64,000 nucleotides of DNA from an uncultured delta proteobacterium (GTDB lineage Bacteria; Desulfobacterota; Desulfobacteria; Desulfobacterales; JAFDCJ01), in the NCBI GenBank assembly GCA_963774425.1, contig CAVZEZ010000020.1:29555-93554 (forward strand), written 5' to 3'. Position numbers and translations under genes: made by a program. The notes under the pieces were generated by a model, which had not been told where the DNA came from, did no database searches, and saw only the letters and a list, made by a program, of their open reading frames with translations. This document shows, in pieces, positions 40,064-49,154 of this stretch; position 1 is the stretch's first letter, and every line of letters starts with the position of its first letter.

Positions 40064-40492
40064 ATGATGGGAAGGAGATTCAATTTTGCACTATTTGCGG
40101 TGATATTTGTGTTCTTAGTTGCATTAGTCGGCTGCGCAACGATGGAAAAGGATACTTCAAAGGATACTTCAATGGATACCGAACGGCTGTTGTCGGCTTC
40201 CGGATTTCAGATGCGAATGGCTGATACGCCTCAAAAACTTGACAAAGTAAAATCGATGACACAGAAAAAGTTGATTCAACACAAAGAAAAAGGGAAAGTC
40301 GCCTACATCTATGCGGATGCAGACGACTGCAAATGTCTCTATGTAGGTACTGAGAAGGCATACATGAAATTTAGGGATCTGGCGGCAGACAGACTGGAAG
40401 CGGATGACCTGAACGCCAGAAATGAAAATGTGATGATGGACTGGGATGTTTGGGGAGGCGATCCGGGATCTGCCTGGGAGTATTGGCAGTAG
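40064..40492 (+). CDS. Hypothetical lipoprotein
   Basis: AAGGAGG RBS, lipobox LVGC and YADADDCKCLYVG. Confidence 0.8.
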   Translation: MMGRRFNFALFAVIFVFLVALVGCATMEKDTSKDTSMDTERLLSASGFQMRMADTPQKLDKVKSMTQKKLIQHKEKGKVAYIYADADDCKCLYVGTEKAYMKFRDLAADRLEADDLNARNENVMMDWDVWGGDPGSAWEYWQ

Positions 40493-40797
40493 AGGCATGG
40501 ACTGCTCCTGCTTGGAGAATATCTGATTGTGAAAGGGTCATCACGGATCGCGCGGCAGCAGCCCACAAAAACTCCGTTCCATCCGGCTTACTTTAAGCTA
40601 TCTCAAAATAAAAATTTTGGTTCAAGATCAAGGTGCAGGCATACTCAAGTATGTTGCCCCGGTTGAGCATAAATCAGGACAATTCCTGCGGCCGAGAGCC
40701 TCCCATGCTGCCGGCATTGCCCACCGGGTTGAAACGACGACCCTTCGTTTCGGATCGCGGTAGAAGCCAAAGGACATCGATATGACCACCGCAAGGC

Positions 40798-41229
40798 TTA
40801 AAACGCATCCGCTAAATACGAAGCGCCGCCGCCTTGCGGACCGGTTGCATTTACCCTGAATAATGCATAATATTTTAAAACTTTTTTGATATACATTCTG
40901 GTTGCCTTAAACGGCGGAACATCACCGTATTTTCTTACGTTGCGGCTGCCGGCATTATACGCGGCCAGTGCCAGTTCGATGTTGCGATCAAACCGGTCCA
41001 GCAGTTTTTTGAAATAGCGCGTACCCCCTTCGATATTGTGGGCCGGGTTAAAAGCATCCTTGACACCGAGATATTACGCCGTTTTAGGCACCAATTGCAT
41101 AAGGCCCCGGGCGCCTCTATGGGACTTGGCATTGGGATTAAAACCGGATTCCGCCATGATGACCGCTTTAATCAGGGCCGGCTCTACCGGCTTCCTTTTG
41201 GCCGGAGGCTTAATCTCAGGGGTTCCCAT
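40798..41229 (-). pseudogene. Lytic transglycosylase (SLT) remnant with a premature TAA
   Basis: My translation is [79 protein letters not shown]. The stop is at 41074-41076 and the N-terminus is missing. Confidence 0.88.
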
Positions 41230-42278
41230 TGCAAAAAGTAGAGATTGGACGCCCCGGCGGTCACCGGCGGCTTCAAATAAAAGAATGCCCGCTCCCGACG
41301 CCCGGCGACGATGAGGTTCTGGTGGCGGTAAACGCGGCCGGGGTCAATTTTGCGGATGTGTTCATTCGATTGGGCCTGTACAAATCCGCCCGGGAATTTG
41401 TGGGCTGGCCGATCACACCGGGGTTTGAATTCTCGGGCCAGGTAATCCTGCCGGGCCGAGATGTGGCCGATCTCGACGAAGGAACGCGGGTTTTCGGGCT
41501 GACCCGCTTTGGGGCCTACGCTTCTCATCTGTGCGTTCCCCGGCGGCAGGTTTATGCAATTTCCGACGACTCGAAATTCAGCGCCGATCAGTGGGCGTCT
41601 TTCCCGACAGTATTTCTGACTGCCTATCACGGGCTTTTTCAGAACATCGTGCTGCGGCCGAAAATGAAAATCCTGGTTCATTCGGCCGCCGGCGGCGTCG
41701 GGGGTGCCTTACTGCAATTGGGCAGGATCGCAGACTTTTACATGGTGGGGGTGGTGGGCGCCGGCCACAAAGTCGATACCGCCCTCAAATACGGCGCCGA
41801 TCACGTCATCGATAAAAGCACCGGCAGTCTCTGGCGCCAAGCCGCACGAATCTGCCCGGATGGTTTCGACGCTATCTTCGATGCCAACGGGCCGGCCACC
41901 CTGAAGCAAAGCTACCGCCACCTGGCCCCCAGCGGCAAACTGGTGAGCTACGGCTTTCACTCCATGCTGTCGATGCGGGGCGGGCTTTTCAATTATTTCA
42001 GACTTGTCTATGAGTATTTGCGGATCCCGCGCTGGAACCCGCTAACGATGACCGCTGACAACAAAAGCCTGATCGCATTTAATCTGTCGTATCTCTTCAA
42101 CAGATTGGACCTTTTGGATGAGGCCATGCATGATCTGCTGAAATGGGTGGAGGAAGGCAAAATCCTGGCGCCGCCGTTGCAGGCGTTTTCATTTGAAAAT
42201 GTCGCCGACGCCCACCGCGCACTTGAATCCGGTCAGACGGTGGGAAAATTGATCTTGACGTTTCCGCAAGGGCGGTAG
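41229..42278 (+). CDS. Zinc-independent medium-chain dehydrogenase/reductase (VAT-1/quinone oxidoreductase-like)
   Basis: [23 protein letters not shown] and GQTVGKLIL motifs. Confidence 0.88.
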   Translation: MQKVEIGRPGGHRRLQIKECPLPTPGDDEVLVAVNAAGVNFADVFIRLGLYKSAREFVGWPITPGFEFSGQVILPGRDVADLDEGTRVFGLTRFGAYASHLCVPRRQVYAISDDSKFSADQWASFPTVFLTAYHGLFQNIVLRPKMKILVHSAAGGVGGALLQLGRIADFYMVGVVGAGHKVDTALKYGADHVIDKSTGSLWRQAARICPDGFDAIFDANGPATLKQSYRHLAPSGKLVSYGFHSMLSMRGGLFNYFRLVYEYLRIPRWNPLTMTADNKSLIAFNLSYLFNRLDLLDEAMHDLLKWVEEGKILAPPLQAFSFENVADAHRALESGQTVGKLILTFPQGR

Positions 42279-42415
42279 TCGGCCTTGAGGCTGAATCACT
42301 CACGTTCTGCAGCCCAAGCCCCTTACGCGCGCGGCAAAAGCGCCATATCGTCAGGTGTACACCGGCTCGATCTGATTGCCGGGATTGCCGATCTCGAGTT
42401 CGCCGCTGCCATTGA

Positions 42416-43600
42416 TCAGGATTCAAGCTGCCGTGCATTCGCCAGAGCGCGCCTGAATCCCGCCAACGATTTTTCGAGGGTTGACTCGGGGACGGCAAAC
42501 GACAGCCGGAAATACCCCGGCGCGCCGAAGGCGATGCCCGGGATCGCCAGGATCAGCTCTTCCTGGAGCAAATTCACGAATCCGACGTCGTTGGAAATCG
42601 GGCTTTTGGGAAACAGGTAGAAGGCGCCCTGGGGTACGTTAAACTCATAGCCGGCTTCCGACAGCCCCCGGCAAAGCATATCCCGGCGCCGTCTGTAGGC
42701 TATTGCATCCACCGCGACCCCCTGCAACTGCGCCACGGCCAACTGCGCCAGGCTGGGGGCATTGACGCTGTGCATCGTGTTGACGGACCCTGCGGCGCCG
42801 GCAACCATCACGGCATCCTCGGCGGCCGGATGGACCGCCAGATAGCCGATTCGTTCGCCCGAAATCGACAACGATTTTGAATAGGAGTTGATCATGATGG
42901 TGTGCGGATAGGCTTTAAATACGGAGGGGACTTCCATGTCATAAACAATTTTACGGTAGGGTTCATCCGACACCAGATATATCCGTCGACCGTATTTATG
43001 GGAAGCCCGCTCCAGAATATTGCCCAACGCTTCCAATTCCGCAGCCGAATAGACGGCGCCGGTAGGATTGTTCGGGGAATTGATGAGCATCACCCGGGTA
43101 TTTTCGGTTATGGCGGCCTCGATCGCCGCCGGGCTCAGATGAAAACCGGCGCCCGTCGGCACCGTTTTGAGGACGACGTCCGTCATGAAGGCGTACTGGG
43201 TATAACCGACAAAATAGGGAGCCGGCACCAGAATTTCCTCGCCGGGGTTCATCAGGGTTTTAAAAATGACATTCAATGCCCCGGAGGCGCCGATGGTCAT
43301 AACGATCAAATCCGATGTGAGATTTACCCCGTGCTCACCGCTGAGAAAATCGGCCACGGCCTGGCGGACATGGGTGTGGCCCGGACCGGGGGTATAACCG
43401 TGGCTCAACGAATCGCTGTTTACCAGCTGCCGCAGCACTTTTTTGAATTCCGGCGGCGGGGGGACATCCGGATTTCCGATGGAAAAATCGAAAACCTTTT
43501 CCATTCCATGTACGGCTTTTAATCTGGCACCTTCTTCGAACATCTTTTTGATCATGGTTGAAACTTCGACCATTTTGACCAGTTTTTCAGCAAGCGGCAT
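42416..43600 (-). CDS. PLP-dependent class I/II aminotransferase
   Basis: NSPNNPTG, SDEPY, SYSKSLSISGERIG and GAFYLF motifs. Confidence 0.93.
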   Translation of the reverse strand: MPLAEKLVKMVEVSTMIKKMFEEGARLKAVHGMEKVFDFSIGNPDVPPPPEFKKVLRQLVNSDSLSHGYTPGPGHTHVRQAVADFLSGEHGVNLTSDLIVMTIGASGALNVIFKTLMNPGEEILVPAPYFVGYTQYAFMTDVVLKTVPTGAGFHLSPAAIEAAITENTRVMLINSPNNPTGAVYSAAELEALGNILERASHKYGRRIYLVSDEPYRKIVYDMEVPSVFKAYPHTIMINSYSKSLSISGERIGYLAVHPAAEDAVMVAGAAGSVNTMHSVNAPSLAQLAVAQLQGVAVDAIAYRRRRDMLCRGLSEAGYEFNVPQGAFYLFPKSPISNDVGFVNLLQEELILAIPGIAFGAPGYFRLSFAVPESTLEKSLAGFRRALANARQLES

Positions 43601-43977
43601 CTTTTTTTCCTCGCAGGTATTGCTACCCTGAATAATTGTAGCGGCAAATGCAGAGAACGACATTTTTAATAATCATTGCGTGCATTGCACGATACAAATT
43701 GTAGGTGGTTTCAATGAGTTTATTCGCACAATCAACCGCCGAAATCAACCCGAAACGAAACATTTCAATCTTTTCCAGACAGAGCCGGATGAACATGGAT
43801 CGTGCAGGTCTGTATAGGATCTCAGGGTCCGAAAAAAACCCTCAAAATCAGAAAAAATCCGTATCCCTTTATTTCAAACAGCTAAATTGTTACCTTCAAA
43901 AGGCAAATTCATCAGCAACCCTTCGATTTCCCTCGCATATGCTTTATATTAACTTTAAAGAAAAATGAGGAGGAGCA

Positions 43978-44250
43978 ATGATCGCCTATTATGTGCATGA
44001 CCCAAAAAAGGAAAACGATTTGATCGTGCTGCCGAAACTGGGGTGCCGGGTTGCGGTGGATGCGGATCGCATGGAAGCTTTTATTTCAGTAAAACCGGAG
44101 TTTGCAAAGTGGTCGGGTGATGCCTGCGGTGTGTTGTCGCCGGAAGATTTCGGAACGATTGTGGCCACTCGCGATGACAGGGGAGATGTCTGTATCGTGA
44201 ACCCCGATCTGTGGCGTCGGCGCATGACCCATTATTTGGGAGCGCCGTGA
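43978..44250 (+). CDS. Hypothetical protein (90 aa)
   Basis: Strong GAGGAGGAG RBS and a globular-looking composition. Confidence 0.65.
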   Translation: MIAYYVHDPKKENDLIVLPKLGCRVAVDADRMEAFISVKPEFAKWSGDACGVLSPEDFGTIVATRDDRGDVCIVNPDLWRRRMTHYLGAP

Positions 44251-44847
44251 AAATGATGCTGGCAAAGGCAGCGCCAGAATGACCAAGGTAAAGGTTGAAT
44301 AATCGCCTGGGCAGGACCACGCCATGCCGCGATTTTCATCCCGTTGTGATTGAAGGGAGGAAAATTATTTGCTGAATCCTTTTTTTTGCCTCTTTCCCTA
44401 TTTTAAATTGACAAAACCCATTCAATTCAATATTCAACGAACGTTGCCGCGCATCGTATTTTCTGAGCCCTCGACATCAAAAATCATGCTTGCCCGGTGA
44501 AAAACCAGTGAACAGTGAATACCTGCCAGTAAACCGCCTGCCCTGAGATGGAGATCTGTTTCATCGGGTCTGCGCCTGATTCGGCGGGGCGAGACTGACG
44601 GCACGGCAGCGGCAATCCATTGTGCCTTGTTCATATATATTTATTGTCATATTTGACTTTAAATCGGGTCTGCAGAAGACAATCAATCGCAATACAAATC
44701 TTGGCTTCCCGGGTGCGCGTGCATCTTTTCGCGGTGAACTTCCTTTTCTTTATAAATGAGAAGCCGGCCGGGTGAAAATAACGGCATTTCGGGAAGCAAA
44801 TATAAAAATAACAAACGAAGCCATTTTCAAGCAGTTTTAAGGCATAC

Positions 44848-45318
44848 TCAGGGAATTTTATCCTCTCTGACCAGCTGCTTGACATCCGGCACCTGCAGAT
44901 TGGCAAAATCGATCAACCATTCTCCCTGCTTGTTTTGTCTGCCGACCCGTCGGCCCTGCTTCAGCCATCGCCGGACGCCGGATTCAGTTAAGTAGGTCAC
45001 ATCCGCGAATTCAGAAATTGTATATGCCTGTCCTGAAACGGATCCTGTTTTTTCCTCGGCTGCCGCTGACTTCGGAGGCCGGGCCACGGCCTTTTTGCTT
45101 GGGGTGTCAAAAGCAGCCTTTTGAGGGCGTTTGATGCGGTCCGGCACCGGTTTCTGTAAAATTTTGGCCTGCAGCTGCCCGAAGGGAATCCGCCATTTGC
45201 CGGATTTTTTAACGGCCTCGATTTTCCCCTCCCGGATCAGTTTAGAAAGCCGGGAATTCGAAATACCGGACCGGGATGCAAATTCTGCTGTTGTCAGAAA
45301 ATGGTTATCCTGCGCCAT
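44848..45318 (-). CDS. Protein with two excisionase/MerR-like helix-turn-helix domains
   Basis: LTTAEFA...IREGKIEAVKKSGKWRI and YTISEFA...RRWLKQG...GEWLI, joined by a Pro/Lys/Ala linker. Confidence 0.75.
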   Translation of the reverse strand: MAQDNHFLTTAEFASRSGISNSRLSKLIREGKIEAVKKSGKWRIPFGQLQAKILQKPVPDRIKRPQKAAFDTPSKKAVARPPKSAAAEEKTGSVSGQAYTISEFADVTYLTESGVRRWLKQGRRVGRQNKQGEWLIDFANLQVPDVKQLVREDKIP

Positions 45319-45503
45319 ATTTTCCCCTTTCATATTTGATTTGCCAAGCCGGCACTTCAAGCTGATATTTATTCAATTGACGAACCACCTGTCAATGGTT
45401 CATTCGGAACATAAGGGGCACTTTTCATTGCGGCGGGTGCAACAGCCAAAAAATAGAATTGAGAGAGCTTCCATTCCGGTGATGGCAGCGGAACAGGCCA
45501 GGC

Positions 45504-46697
45504 TCAATTTTCGATGAACGCCTTGAATTTGCCGAGACCTTCCCTTATCTCTTCCGCATCGATCCCCGAATAGGCGATGCGGATGTAGCGGTTGTCTTCC
45601 CCTTCCAGGGGACGCCCGAAATGCAGCCGCGTGCAAAAGGAGACCCCTGTCTCGCGCAGCAGCATTCGGCGGAAATCATCGTAATTGGTCAGTCCCGTCT
45701 TTTTCATGGCTCCGGTGACATTCGGCCACAGGTAAAAAGTGGCATTGGGGCGAATGCAGCGGACGCCCTCGATATCGTTCAGAAGGTCCACGGCCAGGTC
45801 TCGGCGTTCTTTCAGGATTTCAAGAACCTGTCGGGTCTCGGTCTGATCGCCGATCAATCCTTCGATCGCTGCATACTGAACAAAATGATTGGAACAGGAC
45901 TCCTCGTTCACGTTGAGTTTGATAATGACGTCGATGATGTCCTTGGGCCCGATGCTGGCGCCCAGACGCCAGCCGGTCATGACGAATTTTTTAGAAAACG
46001 TATACAGTATCACGCAGCGGTCGGCCATACCGGGCAAGGAAACCAGGGATTTACTGCGGCTCCCATAACGAATGTCGAAATAGGCTTCATCGCACAGCAC
46101 ATAGAGATCGTACTTTAGCACCAATTCGGCAATCTTTTCAAGTTCGGCCTGCGAGCACTCGGCACCGGTTGGATTTTGCAGATCGTTGAGGACCAGCAGT
46201 CTGGTGCGGGGACTGATCTGTCTTTCGAGCATATTCGTATCGATTTCAAAGTTGTCCCGGCCCTCGATGTATCCGTAGGGAACCGCCCTGCCGCCGTGGA
46301 ATTCAATTTGTGATTCATAGATCGGATACCCCGGATTGGGATACAGCACCTCATCGCCCGGATTCATCATTGTCAGCAAAAATTTACTGATAGTCGGCTT
46401 TCCTCCCGGCTGAATGGCTACATTTTCCATCGCGTACCGAACATGACGGGTGGCACTGACGTCGTCGGCCAGCAGTTGCCGTAATTGGGGGACACCGGCA
46501 TTCGGGCAGTAATTGGTACGCCCTTCCTGCATGGCCCGGATACCGGCCGCCAGTACATTGGCCGGTGTTTTCAGGTTCAAATCCCCTAGGTGAAAAGGAT
46601 ACACCTTGTTGCCCTGGGCGGCAAAGGCGGCGGCCTCGGCCGACACGGCAAAGGCGGTTTCGGTTCCCAGACGCGTGATTCTTTCGGCAAGTCTCAT
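45504..46697 (-). CDS. PLP-dependent class I/II aminotransferase
   Basis: QNPTG, DEAY, TFSKKFVMTGWRLG and ATFYLW motifs. Confidence 0.93.
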   Translation of the reverse strand: MRLAERITRLGTETAFAVSAEAAAFAAQGNKVYPFHLGDLNLKTPANVLAAGIRAMQEGRTNYCPNAGVPQLRQLLADDVSATRHVRYAMENVAIQPGGKPTISKFLLTMMNPGDEVLYPNPGYPIYESQIEFHGGRAVPYGYIEGRDNFEIDTNMLERQISPRTRLLVLNDLQNPTGAECSQAELEKIAELVLKYDLYVLCDEAYFDIRYGSRSKSLVSLPGMADRCVILYTFSKKFVMTGWRLGASIGPKDIIDVIIKLNVNEESCSNHFVQYAAIEGLIGDQTETRQVLEILKERRDLAVDLLNDIEGVRCIRPNATFYLWPNVTGAMKKTGLTNYDDFRRMLLRETGVSFCTRLHFGRPLEGEDNRYIRIAYSGIDAEEIREGLGKFKAFIEN

Positions 46698-46720
46698 GGC
46701 AATTTCCCTCAAAGTTTTTC

Positions 46721-47866
46721 TTATCCTTCAAACAGCGGCAGAGCCAGGGCCTCCGCGTTGACAATGCTCGGCGCGGCTTTGGGCGGATCGTCGGTCAAAA
46801 AAGGCAGAATATCCGTCTTGTCCCAGACCGGGTACCCCAGCAGGATAGCGGAGACATTGCGGGCCGCCAGGGTGGCCATGCCTTCGCGTGTCCAACGGGT
46901 TGCCGAGGCAATATGGGGGACAATGACCACATTGTCCAGTTGATTCAAGCCGGGTTTCAGCTCCGGCTCATCTTCGAACACATCGAGACCGGCGCGAAAA
47001 TCAGGGTGCGTGCGGCAATGGGCGACCAGTGCCGCTTCGTCGATCACCGGCCCACGGCTGGTATTCACCAAAACGGCATTTTCCTTCATCCGGGAAAGCC
47101 GTTGCGCATTTATCATATGGTGCGTGGAATCGTTCAGCACGGTGTGAACGCTGACACAATCGGCATGCTGCAGCAAATCCTCGAGATTTTCCGCACGCCG
47201 GCAGGAAACCGGTTCCTCACCCCGGGATTCAAGATAACCCCCGTAAGCGGTGATGCTATCCTCAAGGTCCTTATTGGCGGAGACATCATGGTAGATCAGA
47301 TTCATCTTGTGGCCTTCCACCATCATGCGTGCATAGGTTGATCCGATACGTCCGGCACCGATGACTCCCACGGTCTTGCGCCACAACAACTCGCCCAGAA
47401 AAAGGGTCATCAACCATCCTTTATATTTGCCTGCCCGCAGAAACCGTTCGGCTTCGCCGGTGCGCCGGGCCGCTGCAAAAGTGAGTGCAACGGCCATCTG
47501 GGCTGTGGTTTCGGTTAGCACCCCCGGTGTATTGCCCATCGGAATTCCATGCCGGGTGGCTGCCGCCACATCGACGTTGTCATAACCCACCGCGACATTG
47601 CTGTAGGCGGTAGTTCCGGCGGCCTTCAATGTGCTGAAAAGCGCTTCGCCCCAGTCTTCCGTCAGTTGACCTAGAACGGCATCGCAGCGCTTGCCCACGG
47701 AGGTCTTTATATCGTCCACGCTGAGTACATCGGTGGCGGTACAGATTTCGACCCGGCATCCAGCACCGGTCAGTATATCCAGCCATCGGGTGCCCGGCAA
47801 TTCTTTGGTGACGACAACGCGTCTTTTTCCGGAAGGATTAACTGTTCTCCAGTCTTTTGAGTCCAT
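46721..47866 (-). CDS. Hydroxypyruvate reductase/D-glycerate dehydrogenase, plant HPR1-like
   Basis: PGTRW...CRVEICT, GQLTEDWGE, GNTPGVLTETTA, GAGRIGSTYARMMVEG, PHIASA and WTREGMATLAA motifs. Confidence 0.9.
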   Translation of the reverse strand: MDSKDWRTVNPSGKRRVVVTKELPGTRWLDILTGAGCRVEICTATDVLSVDDIKTSVGKRCDAVLGQLTEDWGEALFSTLKAAGTTAYSNVAVGYDNVDVAAATRHGIPMGNTPGVLTETTAQMAVALTFAAARRTGEAERFLRAGKYKGWLMTLFLGELLWRKTVGVIGAGRIGSTYARMMVEGHKMNLIYHDVSANKDLEDSITAYGGYLESRGEEPVSCRRAENLEDLLQHADCVSVHTVLNDSTHHMINAQRLSRMKENAVLVNTSRGPVIDEAALVAHCRTHPDFRAGLDVFEDEPELKPGLNQLDNVVIVPHIASATRWTREGMATLAARNVSAILLGYPVWDKTDILPFLTDDPPKAAPSIVNAEALALPLFEG

Positions 47867-48151
47867 TTAAAAATCTCCTTCACTTTAGGGGTACCGTGAC
47901 CTCGATTAAACGGCACATTGGTGATTTTGTCAATATTTTTTAATTTTTCTATGTTTTATTCAAAATCGAGACGATTACTTGTTGATTTGTTCAATTCAGG
48001 TTCACACAACGACAAATTCACGATCTCAGGCGAAGTGGCATATTCCCGGCCAAAAGCTCACTCAAAACGGAATCATCGGATACGCTGAGGTTTCAGCCCA
48101 ACCGGGAGGAGTACAGGAGTGAATAAAATGGAAAATATCCGGTATGAGTCC

Positions 48152-48745
48152 TCAGATCCGGGAAAAGCTGATCTCATCCGACGGTCTGATATCCGCTTTA
48201 AAGGCGGTCTGCATCACCGCCAGCGCCTGTTTATTTTGCCGGTGATCGACGGATACGATACAATCCGAAGGAATAAGGAGTTTGAAATCGCGCATATACG
48301 CATCACTGGCAGTGGAGAGCACACACATATTGCCGCTCATCCCGGCTAAAATCAAGGTATGAACGCCGAGATGCTTTAGCAAAATTCCGAGGGGCGTGGA
48401 GTAAAAACCGGAAATTTTCGGTTTTAAAACAAAATAGTCATCTTTGTCGGGCCGCAACAATTCCACCATCGATTTTCCACACACGTTTTGCTCGAGGCAG
48501 CGGTTGACAATGGTATTGAAGTCGGAGCGCCACTTTCCGAAGTTGTCGTTTACATAAACTACCGGAATGCCGTCCCTTTTTGCCCGTTTCTTCAAAGCGG
48601 CGATTTTTTTAGCCATGGGCAGGGCATGCTTCAATACTTCCTTGCCTTCTTTAAACTCAAGATCGTTGATGACATCGATCAGCAGAAGCGCAATGGATGC
48701 TTCATCAGGTGCGTTGCCATGCAGATCCTTGGTCCTTATGGCCAT
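48152..48745 (-). CDS. Isochorismatase-family cysteine hydrolase
   Basis: LLIDVIND, LKPKISGF, GNMCVLSTASDA (catalytic Asp/Lys/Cys). Confidence 0.9.
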   Translation of the reverse strand: MAIRTKDLHGNAPDEASIALLLIDVINDLEFKEGKEVLKHALPMAKKIAALKKRAKRDGIPVVYVNDNFGKWRSDFNTIVNRCLEQNVCGKSMVELLRPDKDDYFVLKPKISGFYSTPLGILLKHLGVHTLILAGMSGNMCVLSTASDAYMRDFKLLIPSDCIVSVDHRQNKQALAVMQTAFKADIRPSDEISFSRI

Positions 48746-48841
48746 TTGGGTTTCTCCTTGCCGCTCGGGATCGGCCGCATGCCCACTCACTGAAGCAATA
48801 CAATCAGCATATGCGAACAATTATTCTCACCGCGGGCCGCA

Positions 48842-49108
48842 TTACGCGTCCCGGCGAGAATCGCGCAGCGCTTTTTTGTATATCTTGCCCGAACCGGTTT
48901 TGGGAAGTTCCTTCAAAAAAACGGGCTCTTTAGGCGCCTTGTATGAGGCCTGGTGTTGCTTGCAAAATTGGATAATTTCAGCGGCGGTCGCGCTTTCATT
49001 TTCCCTGAGAACCACGGCCGCCGGCACCGCCTCGCCCCATTTTTCATCCGGGATGCCGAATACGGCCGCTTCCAGTACCTTGGGGTGCATACAGAGCGCA
49101 TTCTCGAC
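48842..49108 (-). pseudogene. C-terminal fragment of an acyl-CoA synthetase
   Basis: VENALCMHPKVLEAAVFGIPDEKWGE...LPKTGSGKIYK, preceded directly by an in-frame TAA and AT-rich DNA. Confidence 0.82.
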
Positions 49109-49154
49109 TTAGTATTTTAATAATAAGTCATAAGGTTCGCTTTTCAATGCAGGC

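Noticed and set aside
44434-44906. Short minus-strand ORFs between the hypothetical and HTH genes
   Set aside because: No recognisable domain in any frame I translated.
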